55,081 nt of DNA from Candidatus Tectimicrobiota bacterium (GCA_016192455.1 JACPUC010000003.1:310001-365081); one strand, 5' to 3'. Shown: positions 1-10,058, counted from the first letter of the stretch. Translations and numbers: made by a program. Notes: generated from the sequence alone by a model not told the origin.

Positions 1-307
1 ACCTCGGGGGGCTGGGCCGGGTTGCCGGCAGGGGGTGGCGGGGAGGCGAGTGACGGCCGCGCGGCGGAGTCCGTCGCCGCGCCGCTCGGAGCGGAGGCCG
101 TGGCAACGTTCGGCGCCGCAGACGGCGAGAGCAAGCGCAGCACTGCCGCAACGCCGCCGCCCGACACGCTCGACACGACGGCGTTGGCCCCAAACCCTCC
201 CCCGAGGACCAGGACCGCCCCGGCGACGAGGAGATGACGCCGGCGTGGACGTCGCCGCCCGAGGCGCGCCTCGCGGCCCGCCGCCGCTCCGCCGATCCTC
301 CCTCCAC
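1..307 (-). CDS. N-terminal part of a probable membrane-anchored/exported protein (runs off the left edge)
   Basis: Open frame from GTG at 307 (in-frame TGA just upstream): basic stretch RRRPRRRH, hydrophobic segment LLVAGAVLVLG, then an Ala/Pro/Ser-rich linker. Not in the ORF track because it is truncated. Confidence 0.45.
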   Translation of the reverse strand, partial: MEGGSAERRRAARRASGGDVHAGVISSSPGRSWSSGEGLGPTPSCRACRAAALRQCCACSRRLRRRTLPRPPLRAARRRTPPRGRHSPPRHPLPATRPSPPR

Positions 308-400
308 CCGGCCACTGAAATCTAAAAGAATTCATCACAAGTCCCCATGCAGAGTCAATATTCTAGCGAGTTTTCCCTTATGTTTTCGCATGTTTTCACC

Positions 401-430
401 ATTATGCTCAGATGATTTCTAGCTTGTCAA
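401..430 (-). promoter_or_regulatory. Putative sigma70 promoter for the left-edge gene
   Basis: Minus strand TTGACA-18 nt-CATAAT in an AT-rich intergenic patch. Confidence 0.5.
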
Positions 431-680
431 GGAGGTAATTCCAAAAATTTCTTTATTGTTGAGAGCCTGCGTCCTGATCCTAATCTGTGATGCTCTCTCC
501 AGGGGGTGGCTGAAATGTTCGTATAATCAAGGAGTTCCGATGCGTCCCCGGAACGCGGCGAACCAGCGCCGAGGGTTTTGCCGTCTCGACTCTCAGCCTG
601 CGTCAAGGGCGTGCCGGAGTGGCTTGTTGCGGTTGGGCGTGGCGTTGGAGCAGGGGCCGGGGCGGCAGGCGCGGCGCTTA

Positions 681-1514
681 TCAACGCCGAAGCTGCGGGT
701 CCAGGAGGTCGCGCAGGCCGTCCCCCAGGAGGTTCAAGCCGAGCACGGTGAGCATGATCGCCAGGCCCGGGAAGATCGTCACCCAGGGGTGCGTCGTCAG
801 CTCGCTGCGGCCCTGGGCCAGCATCAGTCCCCAGCTTGGCGTCGGCGGCGAGACGCCGATGCCGAGGAAGCTCAGGCCGGCTTCGGCGAGGATGTTGCCG
901 GCGATGCCGATGGTGGCGGCCACCATGAGGGGGGCCAGGCAGTTCGGCAGCACATAGCGCAGGAGGATGCGCAGCGTCCCGGCGCCGGCGGCCTGGGCGC
1001 TCTGGACGAAGTCGCGCCCCATCACCACGAGCGTCTGGGCGCGCATGACGCGGGCGATGCCGGTCCAGCCCAGGAGGCTGAGCACCACGACGACATTGAG
1101 CAGGCCGGGCTGCTGGAACGCCGCCATCATGGCGATTGCCAGTACCAGGCTGGGGAAGGCGAGGAAGGTGTCGGTGAGGCGCATGAGGAGGGCGTCGGTC
1201 CAGCCGCCGGCGTAGCCGGCGAGCATGCCGACGGCCACCCCCAGGACGACGGCCACGAGCTCGGCGCCGAAGCCGACGAGGAGGGAGATGCGGGCGCCGT
1301 AGATGACCCGGCTGAGCACGTCGCGCCCGAGGAGATCGGTGCCGAGGGGATGGCGCGGCGAGGGGGGCTGCAGGCTGGCGCGCACGAGGTCGCGCGGCAC
1401 CGCCTCGGGCGCGTGGGGCGCCAGCAGGGGGGCCGCGGCGGCGCTCACGAACAGGAGCGCGGTGAGGACGAGGCCCACGGTCGCCGTTTTGCTGCGTCGC
1501 CACAAGCGCCGCAT
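681..1514 (-). CDS. dppC: Peptide/nickel ABC transporter permease (DppC/OppC type)
   Basis: HPLGTDLLGRDVLSRVIYGARISL, EAA-like loop FVQSAQAAGA, AEAGLSFLGIG, PSWGLML, NLLGDGLRDLLDP. Confidence 0.93.
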   Translation of the reverse strand: MRRLWRRSKTATVGLVLTALLFVSAAAAPLLAPHAPEAVPRDLVRASLQPPSPRHPLGTDLLGRDVLSRVIYGARISLLVGFGAELVAVVLGVAVGMLAGYAGGWTDALLMRLTDTFLAFPSLVLAIAMMAAFQQPGLLNVVVVLSLLGWTGIARVMRAQTLVVMGRDFVQSAQAAGAGTLRILLRYVLPNCLAPLMVAATIGIAGNILAEAGLSFLGIGVSPPTPSWGLMLAQGRSELTTHPWVTIFPGLAIMLTVLGLNLLGDGLRDLLDPQLRR

Positions 1515-1516
1515 CC

Positions 1517-2458
1517 CTACTCCTTCTGCCCGGCCTGGCGGATGCGCGGGTCGAGAAAGGCGTAGCTCAGGTCCACGAGCAGGTTGAGGCCGGCGTAGAC
1601 GAGCGCGAAGAAGAGCGTGATGCCCATCACCACGGGCAGGTCGCGCATGAAGACAGCCGTCACCAGCGCCCGCCCGATGCCCGGCCAGGCAAAGACGGTT
1701 TCGGTGAGCGGCGCCCCGGCAAGGAGGTTGGCCAGGCTGAGCCCGGTCACCGTGACGACCGGCACGAGGGCGTTCTTCAGCACGTGCCGGCCGATGACGA
1801 CGCGTTCCGCCAGCCCCTTGGCGCGGGCCATGCGCACGAAGTCCTGGCGGATCACCTCCAGCACGGCGGCGCGCGTCATGCGGGCGATGTAGCCCATCTG
1901 CAGGGCGCCCAGCGTCACGGCCGGCAGCAGGAGGTGGCTGAGCCGCCCGCCGCCGTAGCCGGAGATCGGCAGCCAGCCGAGCTGGGCGCCGAAGAGGAGG
2001 ATGAGCATCATGCCCAGCCAGAAGACCGGCGTGGAGATGCCGAGCAAGGCGCCGACCATCACCAGGTGGTCGAGCCAGGTTGCCTGGCGCACCGCCGCCA
2101 GCAGGCCGGCGAGGAGACCTCCGAGCAGCGCCAGGAGCATCGCCGCGACCGCCAGCCGCGCCGTCGGCTCGAGGCGCTCGGCGATGACCGCGAGGACGGG
2201 CCGCCGCTGCTGGTAGGAGCGGCCCAGGTCGCCGCGCAGCAGGCGGCCGAGGTAGCGCCCGTACTGCACGTAGAGGGGGTCATCCAGGCCCAGCTCGGCG
2301 CGCAGGCGCGCCGCCACCTCGGGGTCGATGCGCGGCATGCCGGTGGTCGCCTTCACCGGGTCTCCGGGGGCCATGACGTTGAGCAGGAACATCATCAGGC
2401 TGATGCCGAGCAGCACCGGGATGAAAGCGAGAAGTCGGCGCAGGCTGAAGGTCACCAT
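1517..2458 (-). CDS. dppB: Peptide/nickel ABC transporter permease (DppB/OppB type)
   Basis: PGDP, LGLDDPLYVQY, GDLGRSY, QDFVRMARAKGL, ETVFAWPGIG, DPRIR. Start moved to MVTFSLRR (ATG 2458). Confidence 0.93.
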   Translation of the reverse strand: MVTFSLRRLLAFIPVLLGISLMMFLLNVMAPGDPVKATTGMPRIDPEVAARLRAELGLDDPLYVQYGRYLGRLLRGDLGRSYQQRRPVLAVIAERLEPTARLAVAAMLLALLGGLLAGLLAAVRQATWLDHLVMVGALLGISTPVFWLGMMLILLFGAQLGWLPISGYGGGRLSHLLLPAVTLGALQMGYIARMTRAAVLEVIRQDFVRMARAKGLAERVVIGRHVLKNALVPVVTVTGLSLANLLAGAPLTETVFAWPGIGRALVTAVFMRDLPVVMGITLFFALVYAGLNLLVDLSYAFLDPRIRQAGQKE

Positions 2459-2542
2459 CAGGCGCGCCTCCCAAGGGCGGAGGAGAACGAGCGGCGCGGC
2501 CGGCGTCCCAGGCATGCGCCGCCGCAATCCGCCATGGGTCTT

Positions 2543-2920
2543 CTACGTGATTCGTGTACGCGGACGCGCGGGTCTGCGGGGAACATCCTCGGAAACGGCC
2601 TGAAAGTCATTTTCCGTGAAATTGCTGAGACTCACAGGCGGCCGATCCGGGAACTCAGCAACAATGCGTAACTGCCCACCCATGGCCTCGAGGTAACCGC
2701 GCAAGGTTGAGAGCAACAGATCGCTGCGCTTCTCCAGGCGCGAAATGCCCTCCTGGCCGACACCAAGCAGCTCGGCCAGGCGTTGCTGCGTGAGGTGATG
2801 GGCGCGCCGCAAATCACGCAAGGACATCTCCTCCGCCATCAGCTCGGCTGCTCGCGCCTCGATCTTGTCCCGGCGCGCTGCATCCATTTTCTTCATCTTA
2901 TCTCTCAGGCGCGTTGCCAT
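2543..2920 (-). CDS. XRE-family HTH antitoxin (HigA-like)
   Basis: LRDLRRAHHLTQQRLAELLGVGQEGISRLEKRSDLLLSTLRGYLEAMGGQLRIVAEFP; GGAGG RBS. Confidence 0.9.
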   Translation of the reverse strand: MATRLRDKMKKMDAARRDKIEARAAELMAEEMSLRDLRRAHHLTQQRLAELLGVGQEGISRLEKRSDLLLSTLRGYLEAMGGQLRIVAEFPDRPPVSLSNFTENDFQAVSEDVPRRPARPRTRIT

Positions 2921-2922
2921 GG

Positions 2923-3069
2923 CTACCTCCTCTTCCGCTTCGCAAGCCTCGCAAGATGTTCGTCGAACCGGGCATCTGCCTTGCTGATGAGTTGCCGGTA
3001 AAAACGCCTTCCGCCCCCACCCGATTTATCCCCGCAGAGCAGAAGGATCGCTTCGCGCCGCCGGGGAAG
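2923..3069 (-). pseudogene. 3' remnant of a RelE/HigB (Gp49-like) toxin gene
   Basis: Frame reads LPRRREAILLLCGDKSGGGGRRFYRQLISKADARFDEHLARLAKRKRR*, ending 2 nt before the antitoxin ATG. No start codon; in-frame TAA at 3097-3099. Confidence 0.75.
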
Positions 3070-3269
3070 TGCGCTAGCGCGGCGGTTACGGTTGCGTTAC
3101 GGGGGCGGGCGCAGCATAGTGGCGCGGCATGGGCGATCCCCAGGCGGCGTGGCGGCTGCCTGGCTGACTGGCGCGGCCGACGGCCGGCGGGTCGTCCCGC
3201 CACGGCGCGTTCCCCGGCGCCCTTCCCCACCCCGCGGGGCCGAGGCGGCGGGGCGGACGAAGGACCAGC

Positions 3270-4136
3270 ATGGGCGTCGAACTCCTCGCGCTGTTTGCCG
3301 CCGTCGCCTTCGGCGCCTCGAGCGTGCTGCACAAGAAGGGCCTGGAGACCTCCTCGCCGATGGCCGCGGCGGTGGTCAGCACGGTCTTCACGGCGCTGGT
3401 GCTGCTGGTCGACATCCTGGCCACGCTGCCGTTGCGGCGCTTCGCCTCGCCCGGCCTGCCCTACTTCATCCTGGCGGGGCTCTTCGCGCCGGGCACCGCC
3501 CGCCTCGTGTCGTTCCATGGCTTCCAGCGGCTCGGCGTGTCGATCAGCGTCATGGTCATGGCGGGGGCGCCGCTGTGGGCCAGCCTGGTCTCCGTGCTCC
3601 TCTTCGCGGAGCGCCTCACCCCCGCCATCGGCGCCGGCACCCTCGCCATCGTCTCGGGCACGATCATCATCTCCGGGACGCGCGGCGGGCCGCGCGCCTG
3701 GCGCCGCCTCAGCCTCCTCTTCCCGCTGGCGGCGGGGTTCTTCTATGGCATGCGCGATGTGGCGGCGCGCCAGGGGTTGCCGATCGATCAGGCGCCGCTG
3801 ATCGCCGGCTTCGTCACCGCCGTGGTGTCGCTCGTCGTCATGGCGGCCTGGACCCTCTGGCGCCGCGCCCCGGGCATGCTGCGCTGCACGGGGCGGGGGT
3901 TCCTCTACTATACCGTGGCGGGCATCACGGGGGGTATCTCGTACCTCGGCATGTTCCGCGCCTTCGCCGGCGGCGAGGTGGTGATCGTCTCGCCGCTCGT
4001 CAGCACCCATCCGGTGTTCGCGGTGGTGCTGGCGCGGCTCGTGCTCGGCCGCAGCGAGCAGCTTGGGCCGCGCAGCCTGCTGGGCGGGCTGGCGATCCTT
4101 CTCGGCGCGGTCCTGATCGCGGCGCTGCGCGGCTAG
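3270..4136 (+). CDS. EamA/DMT family transporter
   Basis: 288 aa, about 10 hydrophobic segments, two EamA repeats (G-VS..., VVIVSPLVSTHPVF...E). Confidence 0.88.
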   Translation: MGVELLALFAAVAFGASSVLHKKGLETSSPMAAAVVSTVFTALVLLVDILATLPLRRFASPGLPYFILAGLFAPGTARLVSFHGFQRLGVSISVMVMAGAPLWASLVSVLLFAERLTPAIGAGTLAIVSGTIIISGTRGGPRAWRRLSLLFPLAAGFFYGMRDVAARQGLPIDQAPLIAGFVTAVVSLVVMAAWTLWRRAPGMLRCTGRGFLYYTVAGITGGISYLGMFRAFAGGEVVIVSPLVSTHPVFAVVLARLVLGRSEQLGPRSLLGGLAILLGAVLIAALRG

Positions 4137-4420
4137 GGTGCGGTTTCTCAACTTCGCTTGCAGAGATGCGCGAGGGAGCCGCGCCCCCTCGCGCAGCCGC
4201 GGGGGCTGATCGTAGGGGGCGGGGCTTGCCCCGCCCGAAACCTACGTCTGCGAGGGAACCTTGTCCCCTCGCGCACCCCGCCTTGTAGGGGCGGTTCGCG
4301 AACCGCCCCTACGGGATGGAGGTGTGGGGGAGCAAGGGTCCCCCACAAGAACCTTCCCCCCCTCCATGGCACGAAGAAGGCGTCGAATTCAGGATGGAGC
4401 TTGTGCGACGTAATCCTGGC
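4134..4420. mobile_element. MITE-like composite repeat copy (starts at the EamA TAG stop; contains two GTAG REP hairpins)
   Basis: Shares GCGAGGGAGCC.CGCCCCCTCGCGCA and ATGGC.CGAAGAAGGCGTC.A...GGATGGA..TG.GACGTAA blocks with the copies at 10073, 15852, 24144 and 54705. Confidence 0.65.
4285..4312. repeat. GTAG-type REP palindrome GTAGGGGCGGTTCGCGAACCGCCCCTAC
   Basis: Perfect palindrome; recurs at 8972, 10355, 14432, 24212, 27759 and 39191. Confidence 0.9.
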
Positions 4421-4445
4421 AGGCGCGCCTTCGGTTTGCGGCGCC

Positions 4446-5900
4446 TTACGCGGCGGCGGGCGGTTCGGGGCGCACCCTGGCGAGGACCATGGCGATGAGG
4501 CAGAGGAGCACCGTGAGCTTGAAGACATCGCTGAAGCTCGCCATGAACGGCACCACCTCCGCCACCTGCGCGCCGAGCCGGGCGCGGTGGACGTCGAAGC
4601 GGAAACTGAAGAGCGTGGCCGCCGCGGCGATTCCCCAGGTCATGCCCACGGTCCGCGTCAGCGCCAGGAGCGCGCCGGCGATGCCCATCTTGTCCGGGGG
4701 CGACGCGCCCATGATGACGGTGTCGTTGGGCGTGATGAAGAGGGCCACCCCGAAGGCCACCAGGGCCATCGCCAGGCCCGCCATCGGGTAGCCGCTGGCG
4801 GGGGTGAGGAAGATCAGCACCGCCGCGCCGCCGGCGGCCACCAGCATGCCGAGGGGCGAGATGAGCGAGGTTCCAAGGCGGTCGGCAAGCGGGCCGCTGA
4901 TGAGCGATCCCAGGATGTGCGCCAGGGGGAACGGCAGCATGGCGACGCCGACTCCCGCCGGCGGCAAGCCCAGGATGTCCTGCAGGTAGAACGGCATGAG
5001 GAAGGTGACCGTGAAGAGCGCCATGTAGGTGAACGTCTTGGCGCTGTTGGCGGCGGTGAAGGCGCGGTTGCGGAAGAGCGAGAAGGCGATCATCGGGTGC
5101 GAGGCGCGCTGCTCCGCCGCCACGAAAAGGGCGAGGAAGAGGCCGCCGGCCGCCAGGAGAGCGAGGACCGGCGCGGAGGTCCATCCCCAGGCCCTGCTCT
5201 GCGTGATGCCGAGCAGCAGGGTGCTGAGGCCGAGCGCGAAGCCGGCCGCTCCCGCGATGTCGAAGGGCCGCCCGCGGGCGGGGGACGGCAGCCGCGGGAG
5301 AACGCGCAGGCCGGAGACGAAGCAGGCGAAGCCGACGGGGATGCTGAGGAAAAAGATCGCCCGCCAGTGCACGTAGTCGACGAGCAGGCCGCCGATGAGC
5401 GGCCCCACCGTGAGGCCGACGCCGACGGAGGCCTCGAAGAGGGCGATCCCCGTGCCCCGGCGGTGGGCGGGAACCGCCGCGTTGATGAGGGGGATGCTTG
5501 TGGCCATGACGAGGGTCGAGCCGGCGGCCTGCACGGCGCGCAGGAGGATGAGCTGCAGGACGCTGCCGCTCAGCCCCACCGCCAGCGATCCCGCCATGTG
5601 GACCAGGAACCCCAACAGGTAGATGCGCCGCGGCCCCACCATGTCCACCAGGCTGCCGAAGACCGCCACCAGGCTTGCCGCCGTGAGCAGGTTGACGAGC
5701 GACACCCAACTGATCGTCGTCATCGGCGCCTGGAACGCGCGGCTTAGGGTGGGGAACGCGACGTTCACCATCGTGCCGTCAAGCACGCTGAGGAAGACGC
5801 CGAGACAGACCGGAATGAGCGCGCTCCAGTGCGTGGCCTTCTGGGAGGTCTCGGTCGGCGTGGCGGCTGGGGAGCTTGGCGCGGCGGCATCGAGCGGCAT
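4446..5900 (-). CDS. MFS drug:H+ antiporter, DHA2 (EmrB/QacA) family
   Basis: 14-TM pattern; LDGTMVNVAFPTL, G-L-D--GPRR motif A, GPLIGGLL, WRAIFFLSIPVG. Confidence 0.9.
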   Translation of the reverse strand: MPLDAAAPSSPAATPTETSQKATHWSALIPVCLGVFLSVLDGTMVNVAFPTLSRAFQAPMTTISWVSLVNLLTAASLVAVFGSLVDMVGPRRIYLLGFLVHMAGSLAVGLSGSVLQLILLRAVQAAGSTLVMATSIPLINAAVPAHRRGTGIALFEASVGVGLTVGPLIGGLLVDYVHWRAIFFLSIPVGFACFVSGLRVLPRLPSPARGRPFDIAGAAGFALGLSTLLLGITQSRAWGWTSAPVLALLAAGGLFLALFVAAEQRASHPMIAFSLFRNRAFTAANSAKTFTYMALFTVTFLMPFYLQDILGLPPAGVGVAMLPFPLAHILGSLISGPLADRLGTSLISPLGMLVAAGGAAVLIFLTPASGYPMAGLAMALVAFGVALFITPNDTVIMGASPPDKMGIAGALLALTRTVGMTWGIAAAATLFSFRFDVHRARLGAQVAEVVPFMASFSDVFKLTVLLCLIAMVLARVRPEPPAAA

Positions 5901-6005
5901 GAGAGAGGGCTCGGGGCGTGATCCTGGGGGCGCGGCGGGAGGTGGAGCGTCGCGTGCCGCCGGGATAGGGCCGCGGCAGAGTCGGCCTGGGCTCCCAGGA
6001 AGTCA

Positions 6006-6035
6006 TTGACAGGCTCGGAAGAGGCTCTTTAGAAT
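6006..6035 (+). promoter_or_regulatory. Putative sigma70 promoter of the alpha/beta hydrolase
   Basis: TTGACA-18 nt-TAGAAT, about 55 nt upstream of ATG 6089. Confidence 0.55.
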
Positions 6036-6088
6036 ACCCCCCACACCCCTTCTCACCTTGCCTGGAGTGTACAGCAAGAGAGCGAGCC

Positions 6089-6970
6089 ATGCACGACGAA
6101 TTTCTGAAGATCAACGAGCTCCTCCTCCACGCCACGATCTGGGGGGAGGATGCCGCCTCGCCGGTGCTCCTTCTCCACGGCATGACGGGCCAGGCCGCCG
6201 ACTGGGCGCCAACCGCAACCCTCCTGAGCCGCGACTACCGCGTCATCGCGCTCGATCAACGCGGCTTCGGCGACAGCGTCTGGTCCGCCAAGGGCGCCTA
6301 CAGCCTGGTTGACTACTCCGCCGACGTGGTCGGCCTCTGCAATGCCCTGTCTCTCTCCTCGCTGCGGCTCGTGGGCCATTCCTTCGGCGCCCGCGTCGCC
6401 ATGCTCACCGCCGCTCAGCATCCCGACTTGATCACGCAGCTCGCCCTCATTGATTCAGGCCCCGAGCTGTCGCCGGAAGGCGTGCAGGAGACGCGCGAGT
6501 TCCTGGGCGGCATGCCGGAATACTTCGGCAGCCTCGACGAGGCCGTCACCTACTTCCAGCCGTACTACCGCGCCCTCGACACCGCCAGCCTGGTGCGCCG
6601 CCTCGAGGGCTACCTGAAATCGACCGGCTGCGGCTGGACCCCGAAGTTCGACAAGGCGCTGCGCGACCGCATCCGCAAGCGCCCGCGCCAGGAGGAAGGG
6701 CCGGACCTCTGGGAGGCGCTGCGGCAGGTGCGCTGCCCGGCGCTGCTGGTGCGCGGCGGCAACTCGCGCACCCTCAGCGAGCAGATGGCCGGGCGGATGC
6801 GGGCGGCGAACGAGCGCCTGCAGTACGCAGTCGTCGCCGACAGCGGCCATAACGTCCCGGGGGAGCGACCGGAGGTCCTTGCCGAGGTCCTCTGCCGCTT
6901 CTTCCAGACCGCCGCCGCGCCCCAAGCCGATCCCGGCCCGGCCTCTGACCATCGCTCACGGCCCAGCTAG
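6089..6970 (+). CDS. Alpha/beta fold hydrolase
   Basis: LLLHG, DQRGFGDS, nucleophile elbow GHSFG, C-terminal SGH. Confidence 0.92.
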   Translation: MHDEFLKINELLLHATIWGEDAASPVLLLHGMTGQAADWAPTATLLSRDYRVIALDQRGFGDSVWSAKGAYSLVDYSADVVGLCNALSLSSLRLVGHSFGARVAMLTAAQHPDLITQLALIDSGPELSPEGVQETREFLGGMPEYFGSLDEAVTYFQPYYRALDTASLVRRLEGYLKSTGCGWTPKFDKALRDRIRKRPRQEEGPDLWEALRQVRCPALLVRGGNSRTLSEQMAGRMRAANERLQYAVVADSGHNVPGERPEVLAEVLCRFFQTAAAPQADPGPASDHRSRPS

Positions 6971-7154
6971 AAAGCCTTCCGTGGCCGCCTCCGGCACGCG
7001 GCGGGAGAACCGCGCGGCGCGCCTCTTCTCCCGCCGCGCGCGCCAGCCTCCCCGGCCCCCGCAGAGCACCCCCCGCGTGCGCTCCCCAGGTCCCCTGCGC
7101 CGGGAACCGCCGCCACACCCCCGCGCCGCCGCCGAGGCGAGGAGAAACTCCGCC

Positions 7155-8780
7155 ATGACGTCGCGCCCCTACCCCGACCTGCACGATCACCTCGCGGCGC
7201 TCGATCGCCACGGCCTGCTGGTGCGCGTGCGGCGGCCCATCAACAAGGAGACCGAGCTCCATCCCCTGGTGCGCTGGCAGTTCCGCGGCGGCATTCCGGA
7301 GGCGCAGCGGCGGGCGTTCCTCTTCGAGCAGGTGGTGGGGGCGCGCGGCGAAGCCTACGCCATGCCGGTGCTGGTCGGCGCGCTGGCGGCCAGCCGGCGC
7401 ATCTACAGCCTCGGCATGGGCTGCCCGCTCGAGGAGATCGGCCCGCGCTGGTGCCAGGCCGCGCGGAACCCGCTGCCGCCGCGCCGCGTGGATTCGGCGC
7501 CGGCGCAGGAGGTCCTGCACCTGGGGGACGAGAACGAGGAGCCCGGCCGCGGCATTGACATGCTGCCGGTGCCGATCTCGACTCCCGGCTTCGACATCGC
7601 CCCCTTCCTCACCGCCGGCCATTGGGTGACGCGCGACCCGGACAGCGGCATCCAGAACGTCGGCACCTACCGCGCCCAGGTGAAGGGGCGGATGCGCCTC
7701 GGCCTGAACGCCTCGATCGAGATGGGGCAGGGCATCCACGAGCACTGGTGCAAGTACCGCGCACGCGGCCGCCCCATGCCGGCGGCCATCGTTGTGGGGG
7801 CGCCGCCGGTGTTCAGCTACGCCGCCGCGCAGAAGCTGCCGCGCGATGTGGATGAGTTCGCCGTTGCCGGGGCGCTCGCCGGGGCGCCGCTGAACGCCGT
7901 GCGCACCATGACCGTCGACCTCCTGGTGCCGGCCGAGGCGGAGATCATCATCGAGGGCTTCGTGGACACCCAGGCGCTGGAGCCGGAAGGGCCGTTCGGC
8001 GAGTCGCACGGCTACGTCAACCTGCAGGAGCTGAACCCCTTCTTCGATGTTACCGCCATCAGCCACCGGCGCGACGCCATCTTCCTCTCCATCATCAGCC
8101 AGGTGACGCCGAGCGAGAGCAGCCTCATCAAGCAGGTGGCGTACGAGCCGCTCTTCCTCGCCTACCTGCGGGACGAGCACGGCCTGGCAAGCGTCGCGCA
8201 GGTGGCCCTGCATGAGCCGCTCACCAACCTGCGCAAGCTCGTCGTCGTGCAGATGCGCGAGCCCGGCGAGGCGGAGGCGTGGAAAGCCCTCGAGGCCGCC
8301 GCCGCGTACCATCCCTCCATCGGCAAGCTCATCATCGCCGTTGATGAGGACATCGATCCGCGCAACCCCGACGCCCTCTTCTGGGCCCTCTCCTACCGCA
8401 TGAACCCGGAGCGCGACCTGCGGCTGCTCCCCGGACGCTCCGCCGGCCATGGGCCCCTCGGCATGCAGGCCGAAGGCGCCGACGCGGCGCTCCTCTTCAA
8501 TGCCGTGCGCAAGCGCGCCTACCCGCCGGTCTCCCTGCCGCGGCGTGAGTACATGGAGCGGGCCCGGGCAATCTGGGAGGAGCTGGCTCTGCCGCCGCTG
8601 CGGCCCGAGGCGCCCTGGCACGGCTACCCCTTGGGTCTCTGGAGCGAGAGTTTCGAGGAGGCCGCCGAGCGCGCCGTGCGGGGCGACTACTGGCGGACCG
8701 GCGAGGAGCTGATCGAGCGCCGCGTGCCGGGCGGCGAACCGAACACCAGCACGTTTCGGCCTGATGCGAAGCAGCAGTGA
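7155..8780 (+). CDS. ubiD: UbiD-family (prFMN-dependent) decarboxylase, paralogue 1; family-level call only
   Basis: YPDLHDHLAALDRHGLL, NVGTYR, EGPFGESHGY, VDEDIDP..LFWAL; GGAG RBS before ATG 7155. Confidence 0.9.
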   Translation: MTSRPYPDLHDHLAALDRHGLLVRVRRPINKETELHPLVRWQFRGGIPEAQRRAFLFEQVVGARGEAYAMPVLVGALAASRRIYSLGMGCPLEEIGPRWCQAARNPLPPRRVDSAPAQEVLHLGDENEEPGRGIDMLPVPISTPGFDIAPFLTAGHWVTRDPDSGIQNVGTYRAQVKGRMRLGLNASIEMGQGIHEHWCKYRARGRPMPAAIVVGAPPVFSYAAAQKLPRDVDEFAVAGALAGAPLNAVRTMTVDLLVPAEAEIIIEGFVDTQALEPEGPFGESHGYVNLQELNPFFDVTAISHRRDAIFLSIISQVTPSESSLIKQVAYEPLFLAYLRDEHGLASVAQVALHEPLTNLRKLVVVQMREPGEAEAWKALEAAAAYHPSIGKLIIAVDEDIDPRNPDALFWALSYRMNPERDLRLLPGRSAGHGPLGMQAEGADAALLFNAVRKRAYPPVSLPRREYMERARAIWEELALPPLRPEAPWHGYPLGLWSESFEEAAERAVRGDYWRTGEELIERRVPGGEPNTSTFRPDAKQQ

Positions 8781-8819
8781 GGAGAGGATGGGGCGGGCGT
8801 CCCGCCGGTTTGGCGCATC

Positions 8820-9257
8820 GACAGGCTGGACGCCTGTCCAGCACGCTGCGCGCTCTCTGCGCCTCCGCGGTTCAATCAAATGCACCGCGGAGACGGGAGG
8901 AGGAGGAACCACTGATGGACACGGATGCACACCGATATCCGTTTCCCTCCACGGTTCCCTGCATGCCGATGGTAGGGGCGGTTCGCGAACCGCCCCTGCG
9001 GTCGATGAACAGGACGCCTGCCTGCCTCGATAAGAAGCGTCGAAGCGGTTGATTTGACGTGACGGTGAGGCTGACGTTCATGCGGCCAGCGTCCTTCACC
9101 TCCGCGCTCTCCGCGCCTCGGCGGTTCAATCAAATGCACCGCGGAGACGCGGAGGACGCGGAGAAGGGAGGGGAAGGAACCACCGGTGGACACGGGTTCA
9201 CCCAGCTATCAGTGTCCATCCGTGTTCATCAGTGGTTCCATGTTCATCAGTGGTTCG
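8820..9257. repeat. Tandem hairpin-repeat cluster (CTCCGCGGT..ACCGCGGAG, CACGGAT..ATCCGTG and GTAG REP modules)
   Basis: Two similar units, homologous to 14270-14810; GTAG REP at 8972-8999. Confidence 0.8.
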
Positions 9258-9320
9258 TTTTTCGACAGAATGCCTACGGGATAGGCTGGAGAAGGGCCGG
9301 CGAGGCTTGTGCCGTCGGCC

Positions 9321-10058
9321 TCAGCCCAGGTGGCGGTGCAGGAAGGCCAGGGTGCGCTGGAAAGCCGCCTCGGCGGCGCGCGGGTCGTAGTGTGTCGGCA
9401 AGGTGTCGTTGTGGAAGGCGTGCCGCGCCCCTGGTTGGATGACCAGCTCGAACGGCTTGTGGTACTTCCGCATCAGGCGCTCGATACGCCGTCCGGTGAC
9501 CGCCGGCACGCAGGCGTCCTCGCCGCCGTAGAAGCTCAGCACCGGGCAGGTGATGGCGCGCAGGAGGGTGATGGGCGCGGGCGCGTTGCCGTAGAAGGAG
9601 ACGGCGGCGCGCAGGCGCGGGTCGCTGGCGGCGAAGCGGTAGACTTGCTCGCCGCCCCAGCAGAAGCCGAGGGCCGCCAGCCCCGTCACCGACGGCTTGG
9701 CTTGCCGCAGGTACTCCGCGAAGGAGCGAGCCAGCCGCAGCATCTGCCGGGGGGGGACGCGGAGCGCCGTTGAGCAGGCTTCGTCCACGCGCTCGACCAC
9801 CACGTGCCCGCCGAGGGCCAGGAGGAAAAAATCCGGCGCCATGGCGAGGTAGCCGGCGCGCGCCAGGCGCCGCGCCACGCCGCGCAGGTAGGGGGTGAGG
9901 CCGTACTTCTCGTGGAAGAGCAGGATGGCCGGGCGCGGGCGGTCGTCGTCGGGGCGCGCCTCGTAGGCGTAGGAGGTCTGGTCGTTGACGCGGAGCTGCA
10001 CGAGGCCGCAGAGGAGCCCTTCCTCGCTCGCCGTGCTGCTGGGGGGAAGCTCTGCCAT
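9321..10058 (-). CDS. Dienelactone hydrolase family protein
   Basis: HEKYGL, APDFF, GFCWGG nucleophile, FYG, ARHAFHND. Start at MAELPP; the longer ORF reads through repeat DNA. Confidence 0.9.
   Translation of the reverse strand: MAELPPSSTASEEGLLCGLVQLRVNDQTSYAYEARPDDDRPRPAILLFHEKYGLTPYLRGVARRLARAGYLAMAPDFFLLALGGHVVVERVDEACSTALRVPPRQMLRLARSFAEYLRQAKPSVTGLAALGFCWGGEQVYRFAASDPRLRAAVSFYGNAPAPITLLRAITCPVLSFYGGEDACVPAVTGRRIERLMRKYHKPFELVIQPGARHAFHNDTLPTHYDPRAAEAAFQRTLAFLHRHLG

Noticed and set aside
4158-5747. Long antisense or alternate-frame ORFs (e.g. 4158-5747, 6774-8930, 10379-12274, 22060-23469, 46916-48376)
   Set aside because: Shadow ORFs of GC-rich genes: Arg/Ala/Pro-rich, no motifs, and overlapping well-supported CDSs
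8820-9257. CRISPR or ncRNA interpretation of the hairpin clusters (also 14270-14810)
   Set aside because: Units are hundreds of bp with similar linkers rather than unique spacers; they fit REP/BIME-like repeats
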